From IMG/VR virus record IMGVR_UViG_3300035208_001992: 64,000 bases of DNA; one strand, written 5' to 3'. Source of the stretch: a virus (lineage: Duplodnaviria > Heunggongvirae > Uroviricota > Caudoviricetes). A program made the position numbers and the translations under genes. This document shows positions 55,011 through 64,000 of the stretch, piece after piece. Numbering within the stretch: position 1 is the first letter of the stretch; each line of letters opens with the position of its first letter. The notes beneath the pieces were generated by a model. That model saw only the letters and a list, made by a program, of their open reading frames with translations, was not told the DNA's origin and did no database searches.

Positions 55011-55823
55011 TTACATCGAATCATCAGTTGGATCGACGTCGTCTTCGAGCCATTCAGTGCGGTTGAACGGTAATGTGCGGCCACGGCCATGCTGATTTGA
55101 GTCATGCATTGTGTCGTTGGCTTCGTCATCAAAGCCGCCGCCGAGCGCTGGATCGTGATCACCAGATTCGTCATCCCAGTCTTCTTCTGTCGCCAATGGT
55201 TGGTCGTCGCGCGGGACGTCAAACACGTCGATTCCGTCGTATTCTGGGTGTGGATCTTCACTAACTTTGACAGCGTGCTTGAAGTGACGGGCCATCTCGA
55301 AGTGATCGCATGTCGTAGTGACGCGCTCAGCTTTGTCGCGATCAGGTCCTAAGAACACAGTGATCTTCCAAAGAGGAACGTCGTCTCCGAATTCGGAGTC
55401 TTCTTCGTCAGCGTCAATTGAGATCACGTCCTGATCTTCAGCACCGCCGATCAACCAACGCTCAGTATGATGGTACTTCGAGACTTTGCTGAGATCTTCA
55501 AGCTGCTGATCGTGAACATCGTCAAAGAGGCTCTGCAGTTCTTCGAGTTGCTCGGACAGCTGATGATTGCGCGTGATCGCATCACCACCGACGGCCTCAA
55601 GCAAGCTGTAAACGAAGTCGAAGTTGTTGAGAAGCAACTTACAGAAGTTCTTCGGTTCTTGATACTTCGGTGGCAGGTCTTCAACGAAGGCTCCAAGCTG
55701 CGCAATTGCAGTTGGCATACCGGTCTTGACGAAGTCGTCAGCGCTCACGCCGAGATAGATGCAGAATGATTCGATACGGCCACGCAGTTGAGGGCCAAAG
55801 CGATCTAGATGACTATTGCTCAT
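55011..55823 (-). CDS. hypothetical acidic protein
   Basis: 270-aa Asp/Glu-rich ORF. Confidence 0.5.
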   Translation of the reverse strand: MSNSHLDRFGPQLRGRIESFCIYLGVSADDFVKTGMPTAIAQLGAFVEDLPPKYQEPKNFCKLLLNNFDFVYSLLEAVGGDAITRNHQLSEQLEELQSLFDDVHDQQLEDLSKVSKYHHTERWLIGGAEDQDVISIDADEEDSEFGDDVPLWKITVFLGPDRDKAERVTTTCDHFEMARHFKHAVKVSEDPHPEYDGIDVFDVPRDDQPLATEEDWDDESGDHDPALGGGFDDEANDTMHDSNQHGRGRTLPFNRTEWLEDDVDPTDDSM

Positions 55824-55875
55824 GATATGTATTCTCCATGTAGGTCATTTACACGGTTGTGCAATTTACTGATGA

Positions 55876-56298
55876 TTAACGTGATCCAGACTCGTATTGT
55901 GCGCGTTCAGCGCGCTGAGCTAGCTGGTTCAGCATAGCCTCTAGAATCTCGTCTTCGATCGCCGCAAGTTCTCTTACCGCGCTCTCATTACCAGACTCTA
56001 GTCTGACAATTCTTGTATTGAGTTCTGCATCGCGCTTTTGCTCAAGCATGATGCTGAATTCAAATGTTGCTGTAAGCACGTTGATGATTCGGCCGATCGT
56101 GACTACAGCCACATAGCGCTCATCGGCAATCTTGACTCCGCGTAGACTTGAACGCAGTATTTCGATATGGTTCGATAAGCGCTTGATACGCGCAATGAGT
56201 TTCGTCAATTGGACATTATTTTGAACTGGCACGTCTGTACCTCTCAGGAATGTCTTCTGCTTTTCGTGGCTTGCTGATTCCAGGAAGGACCTTCTCAA
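55876..56298 (-). CDS. hypothetical protein
   Basis: 140-aa ORF. Confidence 0.4.
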   Translation of the reverse strand: MRRSFLESASHEKQKTFLRGTDVPVQNNVQLTKLIARIKRLSNHIEILRSSLRGVKIADERYVAVVTIGRIINVLTATFEFSIMLEQKRDAELNTRIVRLESGNESAVRELAAIEDEILEAMLNQLAQRAERAQYESGSR

Positions 56299-57151
56299 GA
56301 GCCTTCATTGGGTTAGGCGCAAAGCATGCACTGTTGTACTCACAGAATCGATCATCGCTTGCGTTTTTGCAGATACCAACTAGTCGATTGTAGCAACCGA
56401 TCTCAATGATGCGACGTGTGCGGCGGACATTCTTGATCTCATCATGAAATATGGACGGATCATATGGCACTGCAAAGATGACGCGTTTTCTTACGTCTTG
56501 ACGACTGATGTAAATGACGAACACGTAGTCATGCCACATGTCAAGTGGCACAGTTGGCGCGAGCAGCTGTGGAAGTTCATGCCTGTACGCTGTCACTTGC
56601 AACAAGTTAGCGAACTTAGGAACGCCATGCGTCGCGTATGTGTCGATCTCATCTTGGTTGCGCTCTTTGAACTCGGCTGTAGTGAACTTGCCACAGATCT
56701 GAACTACACCGTCGCAGTGACCACCGAAATCAAAGTCCTTGTTCTTCATGTCGTATTCGACATATTCTGTAGGATCATTGCAACAATAGACTGGTCCCAT
56801 GACGCCAGTCTGCTTTGTGTCTTCAGGATAGACCTTGTTGCACTTGCGGCATTTCCACTTGCCGAACATGATGCCAATGATGCCAAGCCACTTCTGTGTC
56901 ATCTCATGAGTGAGCCTGCCACGCTCTGACACGAAGTCAAGCATGAAGTTTCTCTCATCAGGCGTTGGAACTTGCTTATGGAATTCAGCAGCCCAGCGGA
57001 TTGGACAGTGAGGAATACCTGAGCCACGAAATTCAGGCATGCGCCCTGGACTCGTAATAACGAAATCCGAGCGCCAACTGACGAACATGTCAAAGCGAGA
57101 CTTCAGAGTGTTAGCTAGCTTGATCTGTTCGAGATCGATTTTGCCGGTCAT
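56216..57151 (-). CDS. PD-(D/E)XK-like nuclease with Cys cluster
   Basis: GHCDGVVQICGKFTTAEFKER (D...E-x-K) plus CRKCNKVYPED...CCNDP cysteines. Confidence 0.4.
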   Translation of the reverse strand: MTGKIDLEQIKLANTLKSRFDMFVSWRSDFVITSPGRMPEFRGSGIPHCPIRWAAEFHKQVPTPDERNFMLDFVSERGRLTHEMTQKWLGIIGIMFGKWKCRKCNKVYPEDTKQTGVMGPVYCCNDPTEYVEYDMKNKDFDFGGHCDGVVQICGKFTTAEFKERNQDEIDTYATHGVPKFANLLQVTAYRHELPQLLAPTVPLDMWHDYVFVIYISRQDVRKRVIFAVPYDPSIFHDEIKNVRRTRRIIEIGCYNRLVGICKNASDDRFCEYNSACFAPNPMKALEKVLPGISKPRKAEDIPERYRRASSK

Positions 57152-58332
57152 GCCTTCGGCTCGAATCTGAACTTATGACCATTGAACAGCATGAGCAGTG
57201 GCTTCTCATCAATCCCAACTGGCCACCAATTGCGGTTGTTGTGCCACTTTGGACTGCGATTGAACTTGACTGGATGACGCGACTTTGCAAGCACGTCAGT
57301 ATCTGTCTCACCTTGGAACCCAGCGATGCGCACGAGTTCTACCATCCCGTAGTAACCACGCTTCAATATGATTGTTTGGCATGACGAGTTGTGTGAGATG
57401 ATTGGCTCACGGCTGTTCTTGACGTTTGTTGGCGTTGGAACATCCTTGAGTGAAAGCCGTTTTGCGATCACGTTTGCTAGTCCAACGTCACACCCTGTTT
57501 CAGCAGCTGCAAGTGACCACGGGCGCTTGCTCACGAATACCTTCCACGCAAATGCGATTGCTGTGCGCGGAACAGACGTGGCTTGCATCTCCTTGATGTA
57601 CAATGCAGCTTCTCTCGTCATCGGGATCTTCTTGGCCTTCACATATGCTGTGAATGCCTTGGCGTTAGCAGAGATGAACTGCTTGCGCTTAGCGATCGAC
57701 ACAACAGTTTCGATGTCGGTTGCTGCCTTTGCAATCGCTTGCGTGACAAAGCCGTATACGAGCAGCTTAAGCAACGCGTATTCACCTACGTCTGAGCGCT
57801 TGTCTCCTAGAAGAGCAAATGCGCGCTTGATGTCGATGTTCTTGACCACTGCGTTCTTCGGATTCGAGAACTGCTTTTCGACGCGCTCGACCTTCTTGAT
57901 GATCTTTTGCATAGTGTCGTCATCGATTCCTGTGCTGTGCATCAGTGCATCAGTCGCATTTGAACCGATACTCGACTTTGCTTGCCAGGCTTCACCCTTG
58001 AACGTGGCGTCGAATGGATCAAGCTCATGCTCTTCGAGCTTTGATGGTGAAGCACACAAAATATATCGTGCGTCTTGCGAGAACTTTCCAGACTTCAATA
58101 TCGCCGATAGAGTCTCGAAGTTCGGGAAAATGAAGACTACATGCTGTCTCGATGGCTTTGTTAGCGCCTCGTTGTAGAATGAGAACGCTTGCTTCATGTT
58201 CGTGCCTGCAGATGGCACGATATGAACGTTGAACTTTGATCGATCCAGCATTAAGCGGATCACCTGTGGGTTGATGAATCCAAAGCAGAGCACGGGTTTG
58301 TCTCCTTTACCGGTGAGTATTGTCTTTGACAA
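57148..58332 (-). CDS. hypothetical protein
   Basis: 394-aa ORF. Confidence 0.45.
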   Translation of the reverse strand: MSKTILTGKGDKPVLCFGFINPQVIRLMLDRSKFNVHIVPSAGTNMKQAFSFYNEALTKPSRQHVVFIFPNFETLSAILKSGKFSQDARYILCASPSKLEEHELDPFDATFKGEAWQAKSSIGSNATDALMHSTGIDDDTMQKIIKKVERVEKQFSNPKNAVVKNIDIKRAFALLGDKRSDVGEYALLKLLVYGFVTQAIAKAATDIETVVSIAKRKQFISANAKAFTAYVKAKKIPMTREAALYIKEMQATSVPRTAIAFAWKVFVSKRPWSLAAAETGCDVGLANVIAKRLSLKDVPTPTNVKNSREPIISHNSSCQTIILKRGYYGMVELVRIAGFQGETDTDVLAKSRHPVKFNRSPKWHNNRNWWPVGIDEKPLLMLFNGHKFRFEPKA

Positions 58333-60916
58333 CTACATGCGTCACGCCATTCTTTTCCTTCGTGACGGTAAGCGTCCTATCGAATGTCTTGGGATCGATC
58401 TCCTGCGAGTGACTGATGACGAATAGCCCGTCTTTGCGCTTACGCATCAGCGGAATGAAGATACCAGCCAGCAGTCGCTGGCCATATGGATCAAGTGAGC
58501 GGTCTGCCTCGTCAAGTACAAGCAAGTTAGAGCGCTTCTCGCGAGCAACAAGCTCTGACATGGTCAGCATCAAGCAGACAGCTAAGCGTGAGCGCTCACC
58601 GCCGCTAAGAGCAGATACGTCAATCTTCTGCGTCTTCATTTTGCCGTCGACAAGAATTCGCTTTGCAACAGTCAAACTCAGCTTGCGCTCGTCACCGTTG
58701 ACTTCGACAGCGAAGTCCTTCTCTGTGAAGAGAATGCGAGTCCAGTATGGAAGCCGACCAGCGAGGGCTTGAAGCAGCTTGCGTAAGCCTTCACGCTTGA
58801 ATCCCGTCTTGGAGTAAGCAGGCTTCGTCTTCGCGATCACGAGCTCACGGTTCTCAAGCTCGTTGAGCCGCTTGATTTTCTCTTGGAGCGCAGCTAGATG
58901 ATCGCGCTTTTGACGGTAATTGTCAGCGATTTGCTTGTATCTGTCGTACTGCACGCGTGCGTCATTGATCTTGGCGTTAGCTTGTTCTAAACGCATCTCA
59001 AGACGCTCACGTTGCGAGTTCAGCTGTTGCAGCTCGCTGACAACGTCAAGCTCAAACGGATCGCTGATTGAGAGTGCCTCAGCGCTGGCAATCACTTGCG
59101 CGCTGACATGCTCAGCTTGGTAATATGTGTCGCGCCGCGTCTCGTTGTCTTCAACTATGCGCGTATAGTGTTGGACAGCTTTCGTCAATTTGGAGACGTT
59201 GACGCCTTGCAAGTCAGTCTTGAGTTGACTGCGCTGATCAAGCAATTTGCGATGCTGTCTAGCAACACGCAATGTTTGATCTATGTTGAGAACGCGTGCG
59301 TGCGCTTGATCGAGTGCATCGAGATCTTGAAGTGACGCAGCAGCATCGCGAGCTTCGTTTGCAAGCTTTGAGTAATCGACGAATTTGGAGTGCAGTGACT
59401 CGATCGCATCGTGCTTATCCTCGATTTCGATACATTTCGAATCGAGTGCTTGCCCACGATCTAACAGCTGATCGATCACACGTTGTACTGCTTTGACATC
59501 AATGTCTTGCAAGCACATTGGGCACTTACAAGCAGACTTGCTGTGGTCTGAGATATTCGCTACAAGAGAGCTCAGTGTGCTATGCTGCTCGCTAGTTGCG
59601 CGCATATCAGCTGTGATCTCAGACAAGTACTGCTTGATCTTCTCGTAAGATTCGCTTATCAAACGCTGGTCAGGCTTGATGCGCAGTTGCCGGCACGCAT
59701 CTGCAATTTGTGTCTTCAGTGCAGCTGCACCGCGAGTCAACAGATCGATTTGCGATCGATTCCAACGCGTCTTACGTGACAACTCTGGTATCACGCGCGT
59801 GTTCAAGTTGGATAGCTCTTTTTCTAGGAGCTGCAAGTCAACAGTCGGCAGATTCAGCGTTGCGAGCTTCTCTTCAATCTCAACAAGCTGAGCATATTTG
59901 TCTTGCAGCTGTTGAGCCTTTTCAAGCTTTCTCTCAATTGCGCGACAGCTCTCGTCGAACGTTGACAGCAGCTTGCCATCAACAAGAAGCGTGCGCTCTT
60001 GCGTGTCAAGCTCAAGCTTCTGAAAGTCGTCTAACTGACGTGATATTTCATTGTAACGATCTACGCGACGCGATGTGTCTGTGAGTTGCGCGCGCATAGC
60101 TGTGAGCCTTGGCGCGTTCTGATCGATCAATGCGCGCAAAGATCGTGCCTTTGCGATGATGTCATTGATGTTGCCTGCATGAGACACTTCTTGTTCAACA
60201 GCGCGGTACTCGCCTTTGAACTCTAGAAGCTTCTCGATTTCTGACTTCACTTCTATGTGCAGTCCGTCGAGATATCGATAGATGTCATCATACTTGGTGA
60301 AGCCGTAGAGATCAGACAGGAACGTGATGCGCTCTTGTGGCTTGCCACAGATCAACGTATGCGTGAAGTCCTGAGGCCAGATCGTGGTGCCGATCATCTC
60401 GTTGTAAGTCATGCCGATCAGCGCTTGCAGCTTGGCACGCAGCATGTTCGGATCATTGACAGCGCCCCATGGCTTGAGCTTCTTGCCGACTATCTCATAG
60501 GCGTGCAGACCTTCGGGGTATGACTCATGATTGTGAGCCTCACGAACGAGATACCACTTGTTGTGGCGCTTGACTGTGTTCTCTATGCGGAAGTTCTTAC
60601 CAAAGACCATAGCGTCTTTGATTGACTCAGCAGAGCCAAGTGCCTTCCTGCCGTACCATAAGTACAGCATGAGCTTCCACATGCGCGTTTTGCCAGCGCC
60701 AGAACTTGACGGCTCTTGCGACTGCAGATTATGTCCGACCACGCAGACGAGACCAGCATTAGCAATGTCAATTTTGTGCACGCCTGCATAGCCGTACGCA
60801 TTTTCAAATAGGAAGTATCCGTACTTGGTGCCGTACTCACTAGAAACACGAGAAGCCGCTAACTCGGTTGAGTCAAGCGGCTTCGTTGTTGCGCGTTTAA
60901 TTTGTGTCTTCTGCAT
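58307..60916 (-). CDS. SbcC/Rad50-like SMC ATPase (gp46-like)
   Basis: Walker A GAGKT; ~500-aa coiled coil with CKCPMC zinc hook; signature LSGGERSRL; Walker B LLVLDEADRSLD. Confidence 0.85.
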   Translation of the reverse strand: MQKTQIKRATTKPLDSTELAASRVSSEYGTKYGYFLFENAYGYAGVHKIDIANAGLVCVVGHNLQSQEPSSSGAGKTRMWKLMLYLWYGRKALGSAESIKDAMVFGKNFRIENTVKRHNKWYLVREAHNHESYPEGLHAYEIVGKKLKPWGAVNDPNMLRAKLQALIGMTYNEMIGTTIWPQDFTHTLICGKPQERITFLSDLYGFTKYDDIYRYLDGLHIEVKSEIEKLLEFKGEYRAVEQEVSHAGNINDIIAKARSLRALIDQNAPRLTAMRAQLTDTSRRVDRYNEISRQLDDFQKLELDTQERTLLVDGKLLSTFDESCRAIERKLEKAQQLQDKYAQLVEIEEKLATLNLPTVDLQLLEKELSNLNTRVIPELSRKTRWNRSQIDLLTRGAAALKTQIADACRQLRIKPDQRLISESYEKIKQYLSEITADMRATSEQHSTLSSLVANISDHSKSACKCPMCLQDIDVKAVQRVIDQLLDRGQALDSKCIEIEDKHDAIESLHSKFVDYSKLANEARDAAASLQDLDALDQAHARVLNIDQTLRVARQHRKLLDQRSQLKTDLQGVNVSKLTKAVQHYTRIVEDNETRRDTYYQAEHVSAQVIASAEALSISDPFELDVVSELQQLNSQRERLEMRLEQANAKINDARVQYDRYKQIADNYRQKRDHLAALQEKIKRLNELENRELVIAKTKPAYSKTGFKREGLRKLLQALAGRLPYWTRILFTEKDFAVEVNGDERKLSLTVAKRILVDGKMKTQKIDVSALSGGERSRLAVCLMLTMSELVAREKRSNLLVLDEADRSLDPYGQRLLAGIFIPLMRKRKDGLFVISHSQEIDPKTFDRTLTVTKEKNGVTHVVVKDNTHR

Positions 60917-60961
60917 GCTTTTTATTTACAATCCTTATGCATTTACAGTGTGTTAACACGC

Positions 60962-61810
60962 CTAAATACTTGCGGCCATATTGAAAGCTTTGCTAGTGAC
61001 TGTGCAAACAAGTTGGTCATATGACAACATGTGTACCTTGAACCCGCAACGTCTCAGCAACCTTGCGTAGATCCTGAAATCGTTTTGTTGGCGTGGACCA
61101 AGTGTAAGCGGAGACATTGGTACGTCGAACAAGAGAACGCCGCCAATGATCAAGATCCTAGTTATCTCTGACAAAAGCTGTTCAAGCTCTGGCCAGTTGA
61201 TCGTTCCATGAGCTGAGCAAATGACGACGTCAAATGAGTCAGGTTTTGACCACCACGTATCTACAAGAGCATCGCCGTATGCAACGCGCTCACGAATCAT
61301 CGGATGCAGATCTGTGAAGTACCTTGGATTTGCCTCAATGCCGTAAGTATCGAATCCGTGGGCCGCTAACTGCAGTAAGTGTCTACCGCCTGCGCAGCCA
61401 AGATCAAGCAATCGTCGATTGTTGAAATGCTTGCGTTTGAACGCTTTGTACAAAGCAGTCAATCGATGCTCAGTCGGAATGTAGCTGTTCCAAGCAAGCG
61501 CATATGCGTTCTTTGTGCCAGCATAGTTGTGCGAGTGCTCGATTGGATCGAACTGCACATCTGAATTGAGCCGAACGCGACCAATCATCTCTGTTGCAGC
61601 TCTAGTGCTTAGCTTGTCCCATTTGCACCAGCAGTATTGGAAGAAATCATCAGTGAGATCTGGATGCGTGCGCTTTGTTGGAAATGAGTCGACAAGTGAC
61701 TTTGCAGCTGTGTACACTTGAGTCGGCGTGTACATTCCACGATGATGAATTCCAAACCCAAATTCGGTAGCTATTAACTCACCGTCATTGAGCGCGATTC
61801 TGTGAATCAT
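60962..61810 (-). CDS. SAM-dependent methyltransferase
   Basis: LLDLGCAGGRHLLQLAAHGFDTYGIE (motif I) and later VVICSAHG. Confidence 0.6.
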   Translation of the reverse strand: MIHRIALNDGELIATEFGFGIHHRGMYTPTQVYTAAKSLVDSFPTKRTHPDLTDDFFQYCWCKWDKLSTRAATEMIGRVRLNSDVQFDPIEHSHNYAGTKNAYALAWNSYIPTEHRLTALYKAFKRKHFNNRRLLDLGCAGGRHLLQLAAHGFDTYGIEANPRYFTDLHPMIRERVAYGDALVDTWWSKPDSFDVVICSAHGTINWPELEQLLSEITRILIIGGVLLFDVPMSPLTLGPRQQNDFRIYARLLRRCGFKVHMLSYDQLVCTVTSKAFNMAASI

Positions 61811-63108
61811 GCACTCGTCGAACTTGCAACAAGATTGACAAGCGCGTGATCGACATTGATTGCGTAGCTAGCCGCGCGATGCTGAATCTCTTGAAGACGC
61901 ATGCCAAGCTTAGCGACAGCATTTGTCGTGATTGCGCTACGAGCCAAGTCACGCGCTGAAAATGTTGGTCCGCCTTGCTTAACGTACTTTGGATTCACGC
62001 GATACCTGATCACGTCTGTGTTCTGCTCGATCATGACTTTGAGCATGAAGTTGTGGTTATCAAAGCTTGCAATTGCTTCGAGCAGTCCACCAACGTTGGA
62101 ATTGTACAATGCAAGCAACGCGCACTTCGATGCTTCGTACGGTGACTTACCTGCAGCCTTTGCAATCACTGCTGTAGCGAGTGACTTGTCTTTCAAGATC
62201 TCTTCGCCACTGTCGATTACGACGTCAAGAATCTTGATCGCGTTTCGCATGATACCATCAGCATAGTCGGCAATGATCGCCAGCACGCTGTTAGCGACTT
62301 CTACCTTTTCAGCTTTGACGATCTTTGCTAAGTGCTCAGCGACTTCTTCATTGGTCGGATGAGGCAACAAAACTTCGGTGACGCGACTCTTCATTGCAGC
62401 GCCGGGCTTGTCGCCATAGAACTTCTCAGGCTCCATGGTCGACAAGATGATCACCGTGAATTTTGGTGGCTCTTCTACGAACTTGAGAAGAACGCTCTTA
62501 GCACTCTCTGACAGTTTCTGTACTTCGTCAAGATGGAACACGCGATATCGACCAATGAGTGGCCGTGCGTTGCCCATTTGAATGAGCTGTCGCATGTCAT
62601 CGACACCAGTCTTGTCAGAGCAGTTTATCTCGACAAAATCTGGATGTCCAGCAGCGCCGTTCGATTTGAAGTATGTACAGCTAGAGCACACGCGACATGG
62701 ACGGCCGTCTGGTCCAGGGTCATTACATGTCAATGATTGCGCAAAAATGCGACCGCATGTCGTTTTGCCAGTTCCAAGCGGCCCAATCATCATGAGTGAA
62801 CGATTGAGCGTGCCGTTCGCTAACTTGCGAACAGCGCTGTTCAACGTCGGACTTTTGCCAACGATGCCGTTGAACCAACGGACGCGATACCGAACAGCTA
62901 AGCTATCAATAGCTTCGACTGCGTTGCTCGCGGAAGTTGCCTTGGCGTTGCTGGCGGTCGAACGGGCTGTGACTGCGCTCTTCTTTTGGCTGTTCATGAA
63001 CTGTTGGCTTCCTGACGTAGGTGCTGTTTGGTTTGCCTGATGTCCACTTCGAAATGAAGTCTTTGCCCTTTTGCGAAAGCTGCAGTGCTTCGTCAACAGA
63101 GACCACAA
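61807..63108 (-). CDS. AAA+ clamp-loader subunit, DnaX (tau/gamma)-like
   Basis: Walker A GPLGTGKTT; Zn module CRVCSSC; Walker B/sensor-1 FHLDEVQKLSESAKSVLLKFVEEPP...TVIILST. Confidence 0.7.
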   Translation of the reverse strand: MWSLLTKHCSFRKRAKTSFRSGHQANQTAPTSGSQQFMNSQKKSAVTARSTASNAKATSASNAVEAIDSLAVRYRVRWFNGIVGKSPTLNSAVRKLANGTLNRSLMMIGPLGTGKTTCGRIFAQSLTCNDPGPDGRPCRVCSSCTYFKSNGAAGHPDFVEINCSDKTGVDDMRQLIQMGNARPLIGRYRVFHLDEVQKLSESAKSVLLKFVEEPPKFTVIILSTMEPEKFYGDKPGAAMKSRVTEVLLPHPTNEEVAEHLAKIVKAEKVEVANSVLAIIADYADGIMRNAIKILDVVIDSGEEILKDKSLATAVIAKAAGKSPYEASKCALLALYNSNVGGLLEAIASFDNHNFMLKVMIEQNTDVIRYRVNPKYVKQGGPTFSARDLARSAITTNAVAKLGMRLQEIQHRAASYAINVDHALVNLVASSTSA

Positions 63109-63225
63109 GACCTTTTCTCTTCGACTCTGTTAGAATCTCATGAGGGTCCTGGCCAGTTTGAGACCAAGCGTTGAGCTTGTTAGCGAGATCAGCGTTGATA
63201 TGCACTGCAACTTTCTCCTGTTTGA

Positions 63226-63726
63226 TCAGTTTTGTTCGCTGGGCACAATGACTGCGTACGGCCGCATATTGATTTCGCGATCGTAGTATGCGAGTGCTCC
63301 ATCAAACACAGCGCGAAGCTTGATGAGCTCGTCAATGCTTGTCATCTCGGCGGGAGTGTCGCAGCCGAACAGGACTTGCGCAATCAAATGATCATCATAG
63401 CGGTTTCCATTGCTACGGAAGTGCGCAACAAGGTTCTTGAACAGCTGACTCTTCATGTTCGAAAGCACAGCGCCTTCGAACGATGAGTGCTTTTCGCCCT
63501 TTGCGTCCTTGAACTCGACGACAGGAACAGCGTCAACCGAGATCTGTGCAGGATCGTCGGCGCGCTCGTCCGAGCTGTTTACGGATCCAGCTGTAGCACT
63601 ATCACGCGCTTGCTTGCGCAATGCAGCAGCAAGTGCACCGCCACTGAGCTTCTTGCCGCTAAACTTCTTGTCGCTTGGCATGTTGATCTCCATTGTTGAT
63701 GTTGATTCCACGTGACTGTGGGACAT
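63226..63726 (-). CDS. hypothetical protein
   Basis: 166-aa ORF with a CTATTTACACAGTTTGC upstream motif. Confidence 0.45.
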   Translation of the reverse strand: MSHSHVESTSTMEINMPSDKKFSGKKLSGGALAAALRKQARDSATAGSVNSSDERADDPAQISVDAVPVVEFKDAKGEKHSSFEGAVLSNMKSQLFKNLVAHFRSNGNRYDDHLIAQVLFGCDTPAEMTSIDELIKLRAVFDGALAYYDREINMRPYAVIVPSEQN

Positions 63727-63733
63727 TATCTAT

Positions 63734-63979
63734 TTACACAGTTTGCTTAGCAACAGGAATGAACGTATGCATGTCTGATTCATTGATACCGTTGAGAGCT
63801 GCATACGGAATCTCATTTACGCTGACGATGACAATGCGTGCAACATCGTGCTTGACGCAAATGATCTTCATCAAGTCTAACAAGACGTACTCGCAGTTGA
63901 TTGTCCTGAAACACAAAGAACCAAAATCGAGATTTGGGCCATCGCGCTCTGATTGAGGCATGTTGGCGCTCGAATGCAC
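63734..63979 (-). CDS. hypothetical protein
   Basis: 81-aa ORF. Confidence 0.35.
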   Translation of the reverse strand: MHSSANMPQSERDGPNLDFGSLCFRTINCEYVLLDLMKIICVKHDVARIVIVSVNEIPYAALNGINESDMHTFIPVAKQTV

Positions 63980-64000
63980 TGCAATGTAACTGAGAACAAA

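Noticed and set aside
57368-58177. 269-aa plus-strand ORF
   Set aside because: Antisense to the 394-aa minus-strand gene 57148..58332. It has no SD and every neighbouring gene is on the minus strand.
1-64000. CRISPR arrays, integrase/attachment sites, transposases
   Set aside because: I saw no regularly spaced direct repeats, integrase motifs or IS-like terminal inverted repeats. The only short tandem repeat is the in-frame 15-bp x3 repeat in the SPFH gene.

Overview
The window looks like a gene-dense region from a large double-stranded DNA bacteriophage, with about 50% GC and almost every gene on the minus strand. The tRNAs resemble those of gamma-proteobacteria (tRNA-Glu is close to the E. 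coli form, tRNA-Gln has a U1-A72 pair), which hints at an enterobacterial host. I found no structural or packaging genes; the window is replication, recombination and auxiliary metabolism.

Main content, in order along the window:
- 1-10.7 kb: replication and recombination genes. These include a RuvC-like resolvase, an SbcD/Mre11-like nuclease, a RecA/UvsX-like recombinase, a Toprim protein resembling type IA topoisomerase, a possible gp32-like zinc-binding protein with a GC-rich disordered tail, a full sigma-70-family factor and a NYN-like nuclease.
- 10.7-19 kb: mostly unknown proteins, plus an M28-like peptidase and a HAD hydrolase.
- 19-23 kb: a compact sugar-activation cluster. It contains a GT-B glycosyltransferase-like protein, a KdsC-family HAD phosphatase, a fused sugar nucleotidyltransferase plus APH/choline-kinase-like kinase, and a single-domain KdsD/KpsF-like SIS isomerase. 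I think this is the most interesting candidate system.
- 23-34 kb: a block of unknown proteins. It includes two tandem 2-TM proteins, an M16 peptidase and an SPFH/flotillin protein next to a small NfeD-like membrane protein.
- 35-48 kb: a tRNA island. It holds 16 canonical tRNAs and one atypical 112-nt tRNA-like gene, interleaved with an HNH endonuclease, thioredoxin, small membrane proteins and large noncoding stretches that carry repeated motifs.
- 48-64 kb: two acyl-carrier-protein genes, an MBL-fold hydrolase, a DEDDh exonuclease, a P-loop kinase, lipoproteins, one plus-strand SWIM-finger gene, a PD-(D/E)XK nuclease, an SbcC/Rad50-like ATPase, a SAM methyltransferase and a DnaX-like clamp loader.

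Two families of conserved upstream motifs sit in front of minus-strand genes: ATTTACAAAGTT and TTGTGAATTGAA, both written on the plus strand. One gene (46223-46673) appears split across two reading frames by a T7 homopolymer run.
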